From Bacilli bacterium (GTDB taxonomy: Bacteria; Bacillota_I; Bacilli_A; RF39; UBA660): a DNA stretch of 64,000 nucleotides. Both the position numbers and the translations under genes were made by a program. The notes beneath the pieces were generated by a model. The model was not told the origin of the DNA, did no database searches, and saw nothing but the letters and a program-made list of their open reading frames with translations. Within the stretch, counting starts at the first letter, position 1, and every line of letters begins with the position of its first letter. Positions 8,646 to 17,740 of this stretch are shown one piece after another. Location: the NCBI GenBank assembly GCA_017450205.1, contig JAFSVF010000028.1, positions 1,588-65,587 of the forward strand, given 5' to 3'.

Positions 8646-11168
8646 TTACTTAAGTAATTCTTCTAATTTTTTCTTTTCTTCTTCAAGTTTTTCCCTATCC
8701 ATTTGAACTATATTAGTTGGAGCTTTATTTACATAGTTTTCATTAGATAAAAGTTTTTCTCTTCTTGCAATTGATGCCTTCAAATCATCAATTTGTTTTT
8801 GTTTAGCTGCAATATCTTCAGCACTTTCTTCTTTTTCATAGAAGATTGTAGCCTTATAATCATCTACTGAAACATTATAAGCTTTTATATTAAGTTCATT
8901 ATCTACTCTTACATCAGATAATTTTAACATCTTAATAATAATATCATCATCAGTATTAATTAAAACATTAGCATCCTTAGGAATATTATTTTCAGTCTTT
9001 ATATTTCTAAATGCTTTAATAAATTCAATCTTAGAATTAACTAGAGTTTCTTCATCCTTAAATATAAATTTTTTATCATATTTAGGATATTCTGATATCA
9101 TTATTGATTCATTATCTTTAATTGGTAACATTTGATAAATTTCTTCAGTTACAAATGGCATAAATGGATGTAACATCTTTAAGATACCAGTTAATACATA
9201 ACAAAGGACAGATTTAGTAGTATTAGATTCACTATTAAATTTAGCAAATTCAATATAATTACTACAGAAGTCATCATAAATAAATGAATATGTTTCACTA
9301 CCAAAGATATTAAATTCATATTTATCCATATGTTTAATAGAAGACTTAACAATGCTTTCATACTTACTTAAGATCCATTTATCTTCATTAGTTAAATTAT
9401 CGAAAGTTAATTCTTTTAAATCTTCAATATTCATTAATACAAATCTTGAAGCATTCCAAATCTTATTAATATAATTCCAAGTAGCAGCCATCTTAGTTTC
9501 ATCAAATCTAAGATCTGTTCCTAAAGCACAATCAGTACATAAATAATATCTTAATGCATCACAACCATACTTCTCAATCATATCAAATGGATCAACACCA
9601 TTACCTAGAGACTTAGACATCTTTCTTCCTTCTTTATCTCTAATAAGACCATGAATTACACAATCTTTAAATGGTCTAGTTCCAAGTAATTCTTCTGATT
9701 GGAATACCATACGTGATACCCAGAAGAAAATAATATCATAACCAGTTACTAAACAATCATTAGGGAAATATCTCTTCATATCTTCAGTATTATCTGGCCA
9801 ACCTAAAGTTGCAAAAGGCCATAAAGCACTTGAGAACCAAGTATCAAATACATCAGTATCTTGTACCCATCCCTCTTCTTTAGGAGCATCAAGTCCTACA
9901 TATATTTCTCCATCTTTATACCAAGCAGGAATTCTATGACCCCACCATAATTGTCTTGAAATACACCAATCATGAGTATCAGTCATCCAGCTTCTTAAAG
10001 TGTTTTCATATTTAGAAGGAACAAAGTTAACTTTTCTCATCATATCTTCTTGAGTATCAAGAACCATTTTAGCTAAACCTTCCATATTAACAAACCATTG
10101 TTCTTTAATCATAGGTTCAACCATTACACCAGTTCTCTCACTATGACCTACTTCATGAACAAGAGGTTCAATTTCAAGAAGTAATCCTTCATTCTTTAAA
10201 TCTTCTAAAACTGCATCTCTACAATCTTCTCTTGTCATTCCTTGATATTTAGCTGGTACATTTTCATTCATAGTTGCATCATCATTCATGATACAAATTC
10301 TTTCTAAATTATGTCTATTACCAACTTCAAAGTCATTAGGGTCATGAGCAGGAGTAATCTTAACAACACCAGTTCCTTTTTCCATATCAGCATGTTCATC
10401 AGCTATAACAGGAATTGATTTATTCATTAATGGAAGTTCAACTGTCTTACCAATATATTTTTGATATCTTTCATCTTCTGCATTAACTGCAACTGCAGTA
10501 TCACCAAATAATGTTTCAGGTCTAGTAGTTGCAACATCTAAGTATTCATCACTACCAGTAATTTTATATTTTAAATGATAGAAAGCACTCTTTTCTTCAG
10601 AGTAATTAACTTCTTCATTTGAAAGAGCTGTTTGTGCAGCTGGATCCCAGTTAATTATCTTTTCTCCTCTATAAATTAAACCTTTATTATAATAATCAAC
10701 AAATACTTTATTAACCGCTTTAGCAAGTCCTTCATCTAAAGTAAATCTTTCTTTATTATAATCAACAGAAATACCCATAGCAGCCCATTGGTCTCTGATA
10801 GTTCCACCATATTCTTTAGTCCAATCCCAACAAGCATCTAAGAATTTTTCTCTACCATATTCATATTTATCAATTCCTTGGCTCTTTAGTCTGGCAACTA
10901 CTTTTGCTTCAGTTGCAATTGCTGCATGATCCATACCAGGAAGCCATAAAGTATCAAATCCTTGCATTCTTTTATATCTAACAATTGCATCTTGAATAGA
11001 TACATCATAAGCATGACCAATATGTAATTTACCAGTAACATTTGGAGGTGGAATTACAATACAAAATGGATCCTTACTTTTATCTCCTGAATTAAAATAA
11101 CCTTTACTTTTCCAAGTATTATATTTATTTTCTTCAACCTTTTTATAATCATATTTAGTTTCTAACAT
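8646..11168 (-). CDS. valS: Valine--tRNA ligase
   Basis: PPPNVTGKLHIGH (HIGH), KMSKSLGN (KMSKS), a CP1 editing region and a C-terminal coiled coil. The track starts at GTG 11177. ATG 11168 follows the stop of the HD gene (TAGTATG), with AAAGGA upstream. Confidence 0.95.
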   Translation of the reverse strand: MLETKYDYKKVEENKYNTWKSKGYFNSGDKSKDPFCIVIPPPNVTGKLHIGHAYDVSIQDAIVRYKRMQGFDTLWLPGMDHAAIATEAKVVARLKSQGIDKYEYGREKFLDACWDWTKEYGGTIRDQWAAMGISVDYNKERFTLDEGLAKAVNKVFVDYYNKGLIYRGEKIINWDPAAQTALSNEEVNYSEEKSAFYHLKYKITGSDEYLDVATTRPETLFGDTAVAVNAEDERYQKYIGKTVELPLMNKSIPVIADEHADMEKGTGVVKITPAHDPNDFEVGNRHNLERICIMNDDATMNENVPAKYQGMTREDCRDAVLEDLKNEGLLLEIEPLVHEVGHSERTGVMVEPMIKEQWFVNMEGLAKMVLDTQEDMMRKVNFVPSKYENTLRSWMTDTHDWCISRQLWWGHRIPAWYKDGEIYVGLDAPKEEGWVQDTDVFDTWFSSALWPFATLGWPDNTEDMKRYFPNDCLVTGYDIIFFWVSRMVFQSEELLGTRPFKDCVIHGLIRDKEGRKMSKSLGNGVDPFDMIEKYGCDALRYYLCTDCALGTDLRFDETKMAATWNYINKIWNASRFVLMNIEDLKELTFDNLTNEDKWILSKYESIVKSSIKHMDKYEFNIFGSETYSFIYDDFCSNYIEFAKFNSESNTTKSVLCYVLTGILKMLHPFMPFVTEEIYQMLPIKDNESIMISEYPKYDKKFIFKDEETLVNSKIEFIKAFRNIKTENNIPKDANVLINTDDDIIIKMLKLSDVRVDNELNIKAYNVSVDDYKATIFYEKEESAEDIAAKQKQIDDLKASIARREKLLSNENYVNKAPTNIVQMDREKLEEEKKKLEELLK

Positions 11169-11169
11169 A

Positions 11170-11874
11170 CTATTCACTAATCCTTTCTTCTATATAATCA
11201 TTACATACTTTAACTATTTTTTCATATTCTGGAATATTTAAATCTTTCATTAAATCTAATCTTCTTTGAATACAACCATCTTCTTTTATTATTTTAAATG
11301 ATTCTTTAAAATTTAATTCAAATATGAATCCTATCTCTCTTAATAAATGAAATAATCTATTATTTTTATAATTTTCGTTATTTTTTACCATTTCTTTATT
11401 TAATAAAGAATCAATTGCTTCCTTAGGTATTAAATCACTATCATCAAGTTTTGAAAACTTAACACATAAATTATCTAATTTATCTGCATCTCTTGTAATA
11501 TCACAAAATAATTTTTCTCTTTCACTAAATTCACTTGGAACCGATATCTTATTATGGACTCGAGTAGATTTCAAAATAATTTCATCTTTAATTCCTAAAT
11601 CTTTTAATATACTTTCTCCCATATCACCATGATCAAATGATAAAGCATCTTCGAATGTATTATAATCACTCCATTGCTTAAATCTAGCAATATCATGATA
11701 TAAAGCACAAAGAGATGCTAGTTCATAATCTTCATCATTTAAGTTTAAACCTTTAGCTATTTTTTTAGCATAAATAACAACTCTCATAGTATGATCATAT
11801 TTTCTATGAACACCATCTAATGTTTTATCAAAAGTATCATAATAATTATTAAATATCTTTAATGCCTCTTCCAT
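11170..11874 (-). CDS. HD-domain metal-dependent phosphohydrolase
   Basis: YDHTMRVVIYAKKIA, ALYHDIARF and FDHGDMG form an HD-superfamily H...HD...D pattern. It is the first gene behind the T-box leader and abuts valS. Confidence 0.7.
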   Translation of the reverse strand: MEEALKIFNNYYDTFDKTLDGVHRKYDHTMRVVIYAKKIAKGLNLNDEDYELASLCALYHDIARFKQWSDYNTFEDALSFDHGDMGESILKDLGIKDEIILKSTRVHNKISVPSEFSEREKLFCDITRDADKLDNLCVKFSKLDDSDLIPKEAIDSLLNKEMVKNNENYKNNRLFHLLREIGFIFELNFKESFKIIKEDGCIQRRLDLMKDLNIPEYEKIVKVCNDYIEERISE

Positions 11875-11889
11875 TTTTATTCTCCTTTA

Positions 11890-12115
11890 AATAAAAAAAT
11901 CCAATCATCATAAAGACGATTGGATCGTGGTACCACTTTAATTGCTTCTTAAAATACTTAACGCGTATTACTCGTTTATATCTACTACTATTTCAATATA
12001 ACGACTCCCAAGCTACATTCAATTAACCTCTTTAAGAATACCTTTCAGTCAATGAGTATTCATCCCTAATAAAAAGTATCAATTTACTCCTCTTGTTCTT
12101 CGTCTTTCTTTTGTT
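11890..12115 (-). promoter_or_regulatory. T-box riboswitch leader (probable valine specifier) with terminator/antiterminator
   Basis: The minus strand carries the T-box sequence AATTAAAGTGGTACCACGATCC (about 11924-11945). It overlaps the terminator GATCCAATCGTC-tttat-GATGATTGGAT plus seven U (11893-11927). Upstream Stem-I-like elements are AGAGGAGTA, CTGAAAGG and GCTTGGGAGTCGTTA. In the last one, GUC (12003-12005) and GUU (12000-12002) are both valine codons followed by A. Confidence 0.8.
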
Positions 12116-12159
12116 ATTTTAACATAATTTATTAAAATTACAAGTATTAATAATCTTAA

Positions 12160-12570
12160 CTAATATCTTCCTCTTCCATTTGAATCTTGATTTAATTCTT
12201 GAGTTGGAGTACTTAAACCTAAATAAGAAGAAATTACTTTCCCAACATAACCTTCAATATTAAAATCAATTATAAATGAGAAAATTGGTAAATCTAAATA
12301 TTTAATAAATAATTCTCTAAAACCAACACCAGTAGAACTAATATCTCTAGTAATTGCAGTTGGATTTCCTGCACCACCATTACCATAATAGAACTCTCTA
12401 AGTTGATTACTAACTTTTCTTATACCATCTATAACAGTACCTTCTCTATTATATTTATTATAAGCATAAACTATATATTCATTTAAAATTAAATCTAATC
12501 TATATCTAGTTATTTTCTCATAATATCTAGATGCAGATGGATAATCATCCATATTTATATTATTATTCAT
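12160..12570 (-). CDS. Hypothetical protein (136 aa)
   Basis: ORF only, with no signal peptide or TM. It has a Gly-rich patch YYGNGGAGNPTAI. I recognised no family. Confidence 0.4.
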   Translation of the reverse strand: MNNNINMDDYPSASRYYEKITRYRLDLILNEYIVYAYNKYNREGTVIDGIRKVSNQLREFYYGNGGAGNPTAITRDISSTGVGFRELFIKYLDLPIFSFIIDFNIEGYVGKVISSYLGLSTPTQELNQDSNGRGRY

Positions 12571-12639
12571 AACAAACCTCCGTTTTTATTTCTTTAAAAA
12601 CACTTTGCCATTTTATCAAAATATTATTCTTTAGTCAAA

Positions 12640-13083
12640 TTACATAATATTCTTAAACTTATTTATAAATTCATCTTCACTATAAACTTTTATTCCATTT
12701 TTTAATAAATAATCAGTAGTAATTCCATTACCACTAACTAAATTACCACTAAAAGTTCCATCATAAACAAGTCCTTTACCACATGATGGACTTTTTGACT
12801 TCAATACCACTGTATCACAATTATAAATCTTACATAGTCTTAAAGTTTCTTTAGCACCTCTTAAATAATTCTCAGTAACATCTACACCATCTTTATTAAA
12901 AACTTTTCCATCTCTTGTTTCAGAAGGAACTCTCGGAGTAGATAACCCACCCATTATTTCAGGACATACAGGGATAAATTCAAAATTATTTATTAAATCT
13001 AATATTTCTTTATTTTCTTTACTTAAACCATCAAATCTAACTTTAAGACCGAGTAGACAAGCACTAACGAGAACTCTTTTCAT
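12640..13083 (-). CDS. DUF523 (YbbK-like) family protein
   Basis: VLVSACLLGLKVRFDG, PVCPEIMGGLSTPRVPSE and KSKSPSCG are the characteristic DUF523 Cys-containing motifs. Confidence 0.7.
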   Translation of the reverse strand: MKRVLVSACLLGLKVRFDGLSKENKEILDLINNFEFIPVCPEIMGGLSTPRVPSETRDGKVFNKDGVDVTENYLRGAKETLRLCKIYNCDTVVLKSKSPSCGKGLVYDGTFSGNLVSGNGITTDYLLKNGIKVYSEDEFINKFKNIM

Positions 13084-13351
13084 TATAACTAAAATACCTT
13101 AATTCTTGATAAAAATGAATTGATCCTAATATAAATGAAATTAATGTTCCAAGTGCAAATAAGAATACCATTATTATTAAACTAAATAATTTATATTGGA
13201 AATAAAATATTACACTACTAACTAGTAAAACAAATAATATTAAGAATACACTATAACTTAATATAAATTGAATCTTTCCATATTCACATTTTTGAAAATT
13301 AACAAGTAATTTAAATAATCCTTTTTTATCTACATCATATATATTTTTCAT
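13064..13351 (-). CDS. Small hypothetical membrane protein (2-3 TM)
   Basis: 95-aa ORF with two or three long hydrophobic segments. It overlaps the downstream DUF523 gene by 20 nt. Confidence 0.4.
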   Translation of the reverse strand: MKNIYDVDKKGLFKLLVNFQKCEYGKIQFILSYSVFLILFVLLVSSVIFYFQYKLFSLIIMVFLFALGTLISFILGSIHFYQELRYFSYNEKSSR

Positions 13352-13359
13352 AAATCCTC

Positions 13360-14472
13360 CTAATCACTTATATCATTATCAAGTACAATATATACTTTAT
13401 AACCTGGTATAGCATCCATTACTTTTTCTCTTAAATTTCTTATTAAATTCTTATCTCTTATATAATCAAAAGATATAACTGCATCAAAATTAATAGTTTT
13501 TGCATCTTTATTAACATAAAAACCATGCATAGATAAAATACCTTCAGTCCCACTAATAATCTTTTGAATAGTTCTTTTAATCTTTTGAATTTCTGAATCA
13601 TTATTATTCATTGAGTAAATACCAACAGCAGAAACTACAATACCAGTCTTTTTATATACTTTATCAGTAATCTTTCTTGTTAAAGTATCAATCTCAACTG
13701 CACTCATTCTTTCATCTACTTCGATATGAAATGAACATATTAAACTTTCAGGTCCATAATTATTAACTACTAAATCATAACAACCATTTACTTCATCAAA
13801 ATCAGTAACTACTCTCTTTATCTTAAGTGCAATTTCTTTATCTACTCTTCTACCTAATATTTGACTTACAGTTTCTTTAATCATCATAAATCCAGAACGC
13901 ATTATTATAATTGAAATAATAATAGCAAGATATGACTCTAAACTAACCTTAAAAAAAATATATATTAAAGCAGAAACTAAAGTAGCAAATGAAATTAAAG
14001 AATCAAGTAAAGCATCTACAGCAGAATTATATAATGTTTCACTATGAACTTTACTTCCTACACTTCTATAATATAAACCTAACCCAATCTTAGCAATAAT
14101 TGAAAAACTTACTAAAATTAAAGCAATATTATTATACTCAGGTAATTCTTTTCTAATAATAAATTGAACAGATTGAGTTAAAGCTGTAATACCAGCATAC
14201 ATAATTATTATAGAAATAATAAGTGATGCTAAATACTCAACTCTTCCATGTCCAAATGGATGTTCCTTATCAGGTGTTTTACCTGCAATCTTAGTACCTA
14301 TAATAGTAACAATCGAAGATATACAATCACTTAAGTAATTAAGTGAATCCATCATAATTGCAATTGAATTAGATAAATAACCTACAACTGCTTTCATTAT
14401 GCTTAAGATAATATTAGTTATAATTCCAATAATACTAGTTTTAATTATTATTTTTTCTCTTTTATTTTCCAT
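13360..14472 (-). CDS. Cation diffusion facilitator (CDF) family divalent-metal efflux transporter
   Basis: Six TM segments. SIAIMMDSLNYLSD (TM2 metal site), HPFGHGRVEY and DALLDS are followed by a C-terminal cytoplasmic domain. Confidence 0.85.
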   Translation of the reverse strand: MENKREKIIIKTSIIGIITNIILSIMKAVVGYLSNSIAIMMDSLNYLSDCISSIVTIIGTKIAGKTPDKEHPFGHGRVEYLASLIISIIIMYAGITALTQSVQFIIRKELPEYNNIALILVSFSIIAKIGLGLYYRSVGSKVHSETLYNSAVDALLDSLISFATLVSALIYIFFKVSLESYLAIIISIIIMRSGFMMIKETVSQILGRRVDKEIALKIKRVVTDFDEVNGCYDLVVNNYGPESLICSFHIEVDERMSAVEIDTLTRKITDKVYKKTGIVVSAVGIYSMNNNDSEIQKIKRTIQKIISGTEGILSMHGFYVNKDAKTINFDAVISFDYIRDKNLIRNLREKVMDAIPGYKVYIVLDNDISD

Positions 14473-14719
14473 TGATATTCTTTACATCCTTCATTAAATC
14501 ATTCATTTGATCCATATATTTATTAATATATTCATCATTAAACATATTACCAATTTGTTGATAATTTTCTTTTATTTTTTTTCTATACTCTTTAGGATTT
14601 TTAATTGCTTCTTCACTACTAACAGGTAGATCAACATATTTATTTAAATCCTTTTCATAATAACTAATACTACTTGCTTTTTTAAATTCTTCATTCTTAG
14701 TTAAATCTTCATTATTCAT
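14462..14719 (-). CDS. Hypothetical hydrophilic helical protein (~85 aa)
   Basis: ORF whose stop overlaps the CDF start by 11 nt. The track starts at GTG 14731, inside GGGTGA. ATG 14719 (MNNEDL...) has that sequence as its Shine-Dalgarno. Confidence 0.4.
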   Translation of the reverse strand: MNNEDLTKNEEFKKASSISYYEKDLNKYVDLPVSSEEAIKNPKEYRKKIKENYQQIGNMFNDEYINKYMDQMNDLMKDVKNINGK

Positions 14720-14746
14720 ATAAGTACTCACCCAATTTTATTATAT

Positions 14747-14772
14747 AAAAAAAAGGTTAAATAATTAACCTT
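14747..14772 (-). terminator. Strong intrinsic terminator after the tandem SAS gene
   Basis: 8-bp stem AAGGTTAA (14753-14760) / TTAACCTT (14765-14772) with a 4-nt loop, flanked by an A-run and a T-run. The SAS stop codon (14765-14767) lies inside the stem. Confidence 0.75.
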
Positions 14773-16111
14773 TTTTTGGATGTTTACTTAATATCTTAAC
14801 ATTTTCTTTCTTCTCTTCATTAGAGTTTAAAAGATTTTCTACTTCAGTTCTCTTAATATCAAGCATCTTATCATCCATATCAGCAAGTAAATAACTATAA
14901 TCTCTAAGCATTGCTTTTGAATCATCACTACAGTTTTCATTTTTATAAATAATCTCATGCTCTAGTGAACTCCAAGCATCCATTAAAACAGTTCTTACTT
15001 GTATTTCACACTTAATAGGAATAACTCCACTTGAAAGTTCAACAGGAACTTCTACTATTAAATGATATGCTCTATAACCAGACTTCTTAGGATTTGTTAT
15101 ATAATCTTTTTCTTGAATAACATTAATAAACGGAGATTCTTTAATCATTCTTACCATTTCTGAAACGTCATCTAAATCAAGACATATAATTCTAGATGCA
15201 ACAACATCTTTAACATGATTTCTAATGTTTTCTTCATTAAACTCTAAACCTTGATTAAGTAACTTCTTATCTATAGAATTAATAGATTTCATTCTATATT
15301 TAACATTTTGAACATCAGAATTTAGACCACTACGATTATATTCATTAATAATAATATCTATATAACTACTTAATACACCTTCAGCAGCTTCATAAATATA
15401 TTTATTATCTTTAAAAGTTCTTAAATCTTTAGGTTTAATTTTTCTTTTTATAATTTCATCATCCTTAACTATATGTTCTCTATTTCTAATAAGTTTCATT
15501 GAACTTTCTAGTGAAGATAAACTATGAGAAAACTTTAATAGTTCATTTATTGATTGTTCACTACATTTTTTATTCTTATAAACAATCTCATGTTCTAGTG
15601 AACTCCATGCATCCATAAGTAAAGTTCTAACTTGAATTTCACACTTAACAGGAACTAATACTGTGCCAATTGGGACATCTATTTCTACAATCATATGATA
15701 AGATCTATAACCAGATTCTTTAGGGTTTTTAATATAGTCTTTTTCATTAAGAATTCTTATACTTGGAATATTTTTAATCATTTGAACAACACTTGTTACA
15801 TCATCCATATCAAGACATACAATTCTAGCACCTACTATATCATTAATAGTATTAACACTTTCAGTACTAAAATCTAAACCATCATCTCTAAGTTTATTAG
15901 TAATACTTTCTAGAGATTTAATTCTATATTTAATATTTTGAATATCACTATGAATTTTTTCTCTATCATATTCACTTTTAATAATATTTAATTTAGTATT
16001 TAATACCCTAATTGCATTATTAAAAACATATAATGAATTATTATATGACTCAATTACATTTTCAGGTAAATCCATATTATCACTATAAATAATACTCTTA
16101 ATATTTTCCAT
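14765..16111 (-). CDS. Tandem small alarmone synthetase: two RelP/RelQ-type (p)ppGpp synthetase modules in one polypeptide
   Basis: Module 1: DIQNIKYRIKSLESITNKL, DIVGARIVCLDMDDV, GYRSYHMIVEIDVP, CEIQVRTLLMDAWSSLEHEIVYKNK. Module 2: DVQNVKYRMKSINSIDKKL, DVVASRIICLDLDDV, GYRAYHLIVEVPVE, CEIQVRTVLMDAWSSLEHEIIYKNE. The track starts at ATG 16126. ATG 16111 has GGGGGTG six nt upstream. Confidence 0.8.
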   Translation of the reverse strand: MENIKSIIYSDNMDLPENVIESYNNSLYVFNNAIRVLNTKLNIIKSEYDREKIHSDIQNIKYRIKSLESITNKLRDDGLDFSTESVNTINDIVGARIVCLDMDDVTSVVQMIKNIPSIRILNEKDYIKNPKESGYRSYHMIVEIDVPIGTVLVPVKCEIQVRTLLMDAWSSLEHEIVYKNKKCSEQSINELLKFSHSLSSLESSMKLIRNREHIVKDDEIIKRKIKPKDLRTFKDNKYIYEAAEGVLSSYIDIIINEYNRSGLNSDVQNVKYRMKSINSIDKKLLNQGLEFNEENIRNHVKDVVASRIICLDLDDVSEMVRMIKESPFINVIQEKDYITNPKKSGYRAYHLIVEVPVELSSGVIPIKCEIQVRTVLMDAWSSLEHEIIYKNENCSDDSKAMLRDYSYLLADMDDKMLDIKRTEVENLLNSNEEKKENVKILSKHPKKG

Positions 16112-16207
16112 AAAAGACACCCCCATTTCTTCTTAAAAATAATACAAATATAAACAAATTTAGGTCTAAATAATATACCACATCAAGCACTATTTTTCAA
16201 ATTCAAG

Positions 16208-16239
16208 AAAAAAATTAGTAAGTACTAAACTTACTAATT
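16208..16239 (-). terminator. Intrinsic terminator after the DUF4097 gene
   Basis: 11-bp stem AATTAGTAAGT (16213-16223) / ACTTACTAATT (16229-16239) with a 5-nt loop. A U-run follows on the minus transcript, and the stop codon (16234-16236) lies inside the stem. Confidence 0.75.
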
Positions 16240-17124
16240 TATCTTTATGTCACCTGTCTTATTTTTAATAGTTAAAGTATATTCTGCATATCTATCATTA
16301 TTGTTTACTTTAACATCTCCAGTATTAGTAGAAGCATCAACATAAGCACCACTTAATTTATTTATTTTTATATCTCCTGTTCTATTATCAATAACTGAAT
16401 TTGTTTTTAAATTTGCACTATTAATCTTTATATCACCAGTATGAGAAATAATATTTAAACTTGAATTAATACTATCAACTTTAATATCTCCAGTTTTAGA
16501 ATCATTAATTAATTCATTAACATATTCGATATCTAAATCTCCAGTTGTATGTTTAACTTCAAGATTATTAACTTTCTTAATTTCTATATCACCAGTACCT
16601 AATTCAATTTTTACATCATTTAAAGTATCAATATCCAAATCTCCAATTGAATTATTAATAGTACCATTTAAATTTTCAAACTTTCCTATTTTTATATTTC
16701 CAACTTTATGATTAATAATAAATTCATTTAAAGAATTTTCTTTAGGTATTTTAACAACCACTTTTCCATGTGCACCAAAGCCTATAAATATATTACCTTT
16801 AGTATTATTATATGCTTTAACATTTAAATTACCATTTTCATTATTAAAAGAATAATCGATTCTTTTATTATTAGAATAAATTTCTAAATAATACTTATCA
16901 CTATCTGATTCTTCAAAATATAAATCAATGCTTTTAGTATCAATATTTAAATTTGTAATTTCATTATCAAATTCAACTAAATCAATTAACTTGCCTTCAC
17001 CAAAATTAAAATTTAAACTACCCCATTCAAAATTAGATGTAAGTAAGTAAATAAATCCACCAGTCATTAATACGCATATAACAAGTAAGAATATAATTAA
17101 AATAATTATTCCCTTTTTATTCAT
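16234..17124 (-). CDS. DUF4097-type beta-strand-repeat protein, N-terminally membrane anchored
   Basis: N-terminal TM (IIILIIFLLVICVLMTGGFIYLL). The C-terminal half has about 20-residue repeats each carrying TGD(I/L/V)(K/D)(I/V): TGDIEIKK, TGDLDIEY, TGDIKVDS, TGDIKINS, TGDIKINK, TGDVKVNN, TGDIKIN. Confidence 0.65.
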   Translation of the reverse strand: MNKKGIIILIIFLLVICVLMTGGFIYLLTSNFEWGSLNFNFGEGKLIDLVEFDNEITNLNIDTKSIDLYFEESDSDKYYLEIYSNNKRIDYSFNNENGNLNVKAYNNTKGNIFIGFGAHGKVVVKIPKENSLNEFIINHKVGNIKIGKFENLNGTINNSIGDLDIDTLNDVKIELGTGDIEIKKVNNLEVKHTTGDLDIEYVNELINDSKTGDIKVDSINSSLNIISHTGDIKINSANLKTNSVIDNRTGDIKINKLSGAYVDASTNTGDVKVNNNDRYAEYTLTIKNKTGDIKIN

Positions 17125-17740
17125 TATTATCTTCCTTATCTACTTCTTTTAAATTAAATAGAAGTTTAATAATTTCATCAACTACTCCTAAGATTAAAAA
17201 TAAAATCCAAGTAATATGCCATGCCATAGTAGCAAAAGAAATAATTAAATAAATAGTTACACCAATAGTATCAACAATACCAATTACTTGTTTACATAAA
17301 GTATTATTTTTTTCATCCTTTTTTTCATTAGATTCTTTACTATAATAAATACCATTATAAATAAGTAAACCAGTTGCAAGCGCACATAATGTTAAAAATA
17401 TACTTAAACCTACGACAGGTAAATCAAATTGAGCAGCAAATAATATCATAGCAATTAAACCAAATATATACATCATAACTGCAATTGATACATTTCTTGC
17501 AAAACAGGATTTAACATTTTCTTGTTTTACCTCTTTAATATTAGTATTACCAGTTAATAATTCATCACTAGTAATACCAAAATATTCACATAATGGAATT
17601 ATTTTATCAAAGTCTGGTTGTGATTGATCAGTCTCCCACTTTGATATAGTTTGTCTAGATACATCTAGCTCATTTGCAAGTTCTTCTTGCGAAATATTTT
17701 TTTCTTTTCTTAATTTTAACAATCTTTCTCCAATTGTCAT
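17117..17740 (-). CDS. XRE-family helix-turn-helix regulator with C-terminal transmembrane domain
   Basis: IGERLLKLRKEKNISQEELANELDVSRQTISKWETDQSQP is a classic Cro/C1 HTH and is followed by about 4 TM helices. The stop overlaps the DUF4097 start by 8 nt. Confidence 0.8.
   Translation of the reverse strand: MTIGERLLKLRKEKNISQEELANELDVSRQTISKWETDQSQPDFDKIIPLCEYFGITSDELLTGNTNIKEVKQENVKSCFARNVSIAVMMYIFGLIAMILFAAQFDLPVVGLSIFLTLCALATGLLIYNGIYYSKESNEKKDEKNNTLCKQVIGIVDTIGVTIYLIISFATMAWHITWILFLILGVVDEIIKLLFNLKEVDKEDNNE

Noticed and set aside
14462-16126. The tandem SAS and the small downstream ORF (14462-14719) might form a toxSAS toxin-antitoxin pair.
   Set aside because: A strong terminator (14747-14772) separates the two genes. 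The small ORF is instead coupled to the CDF transporter gene. Both synthetase modules look like housekeeping RelP/RelQ enzymes rather than the divergent toxSAS clades.
16234-17124. A periodic DNA repeat (recurring ACTGGAGATAT-like words) in this gene might be a non-coding repeat array.
   Set aside because: The periodicity is the coding image of the roughly 20-residue TGD(I/L/V)(K/D)(I/V) beta-strand repeats of a DUF4097-type protein. The reading frame is uninterrupted.
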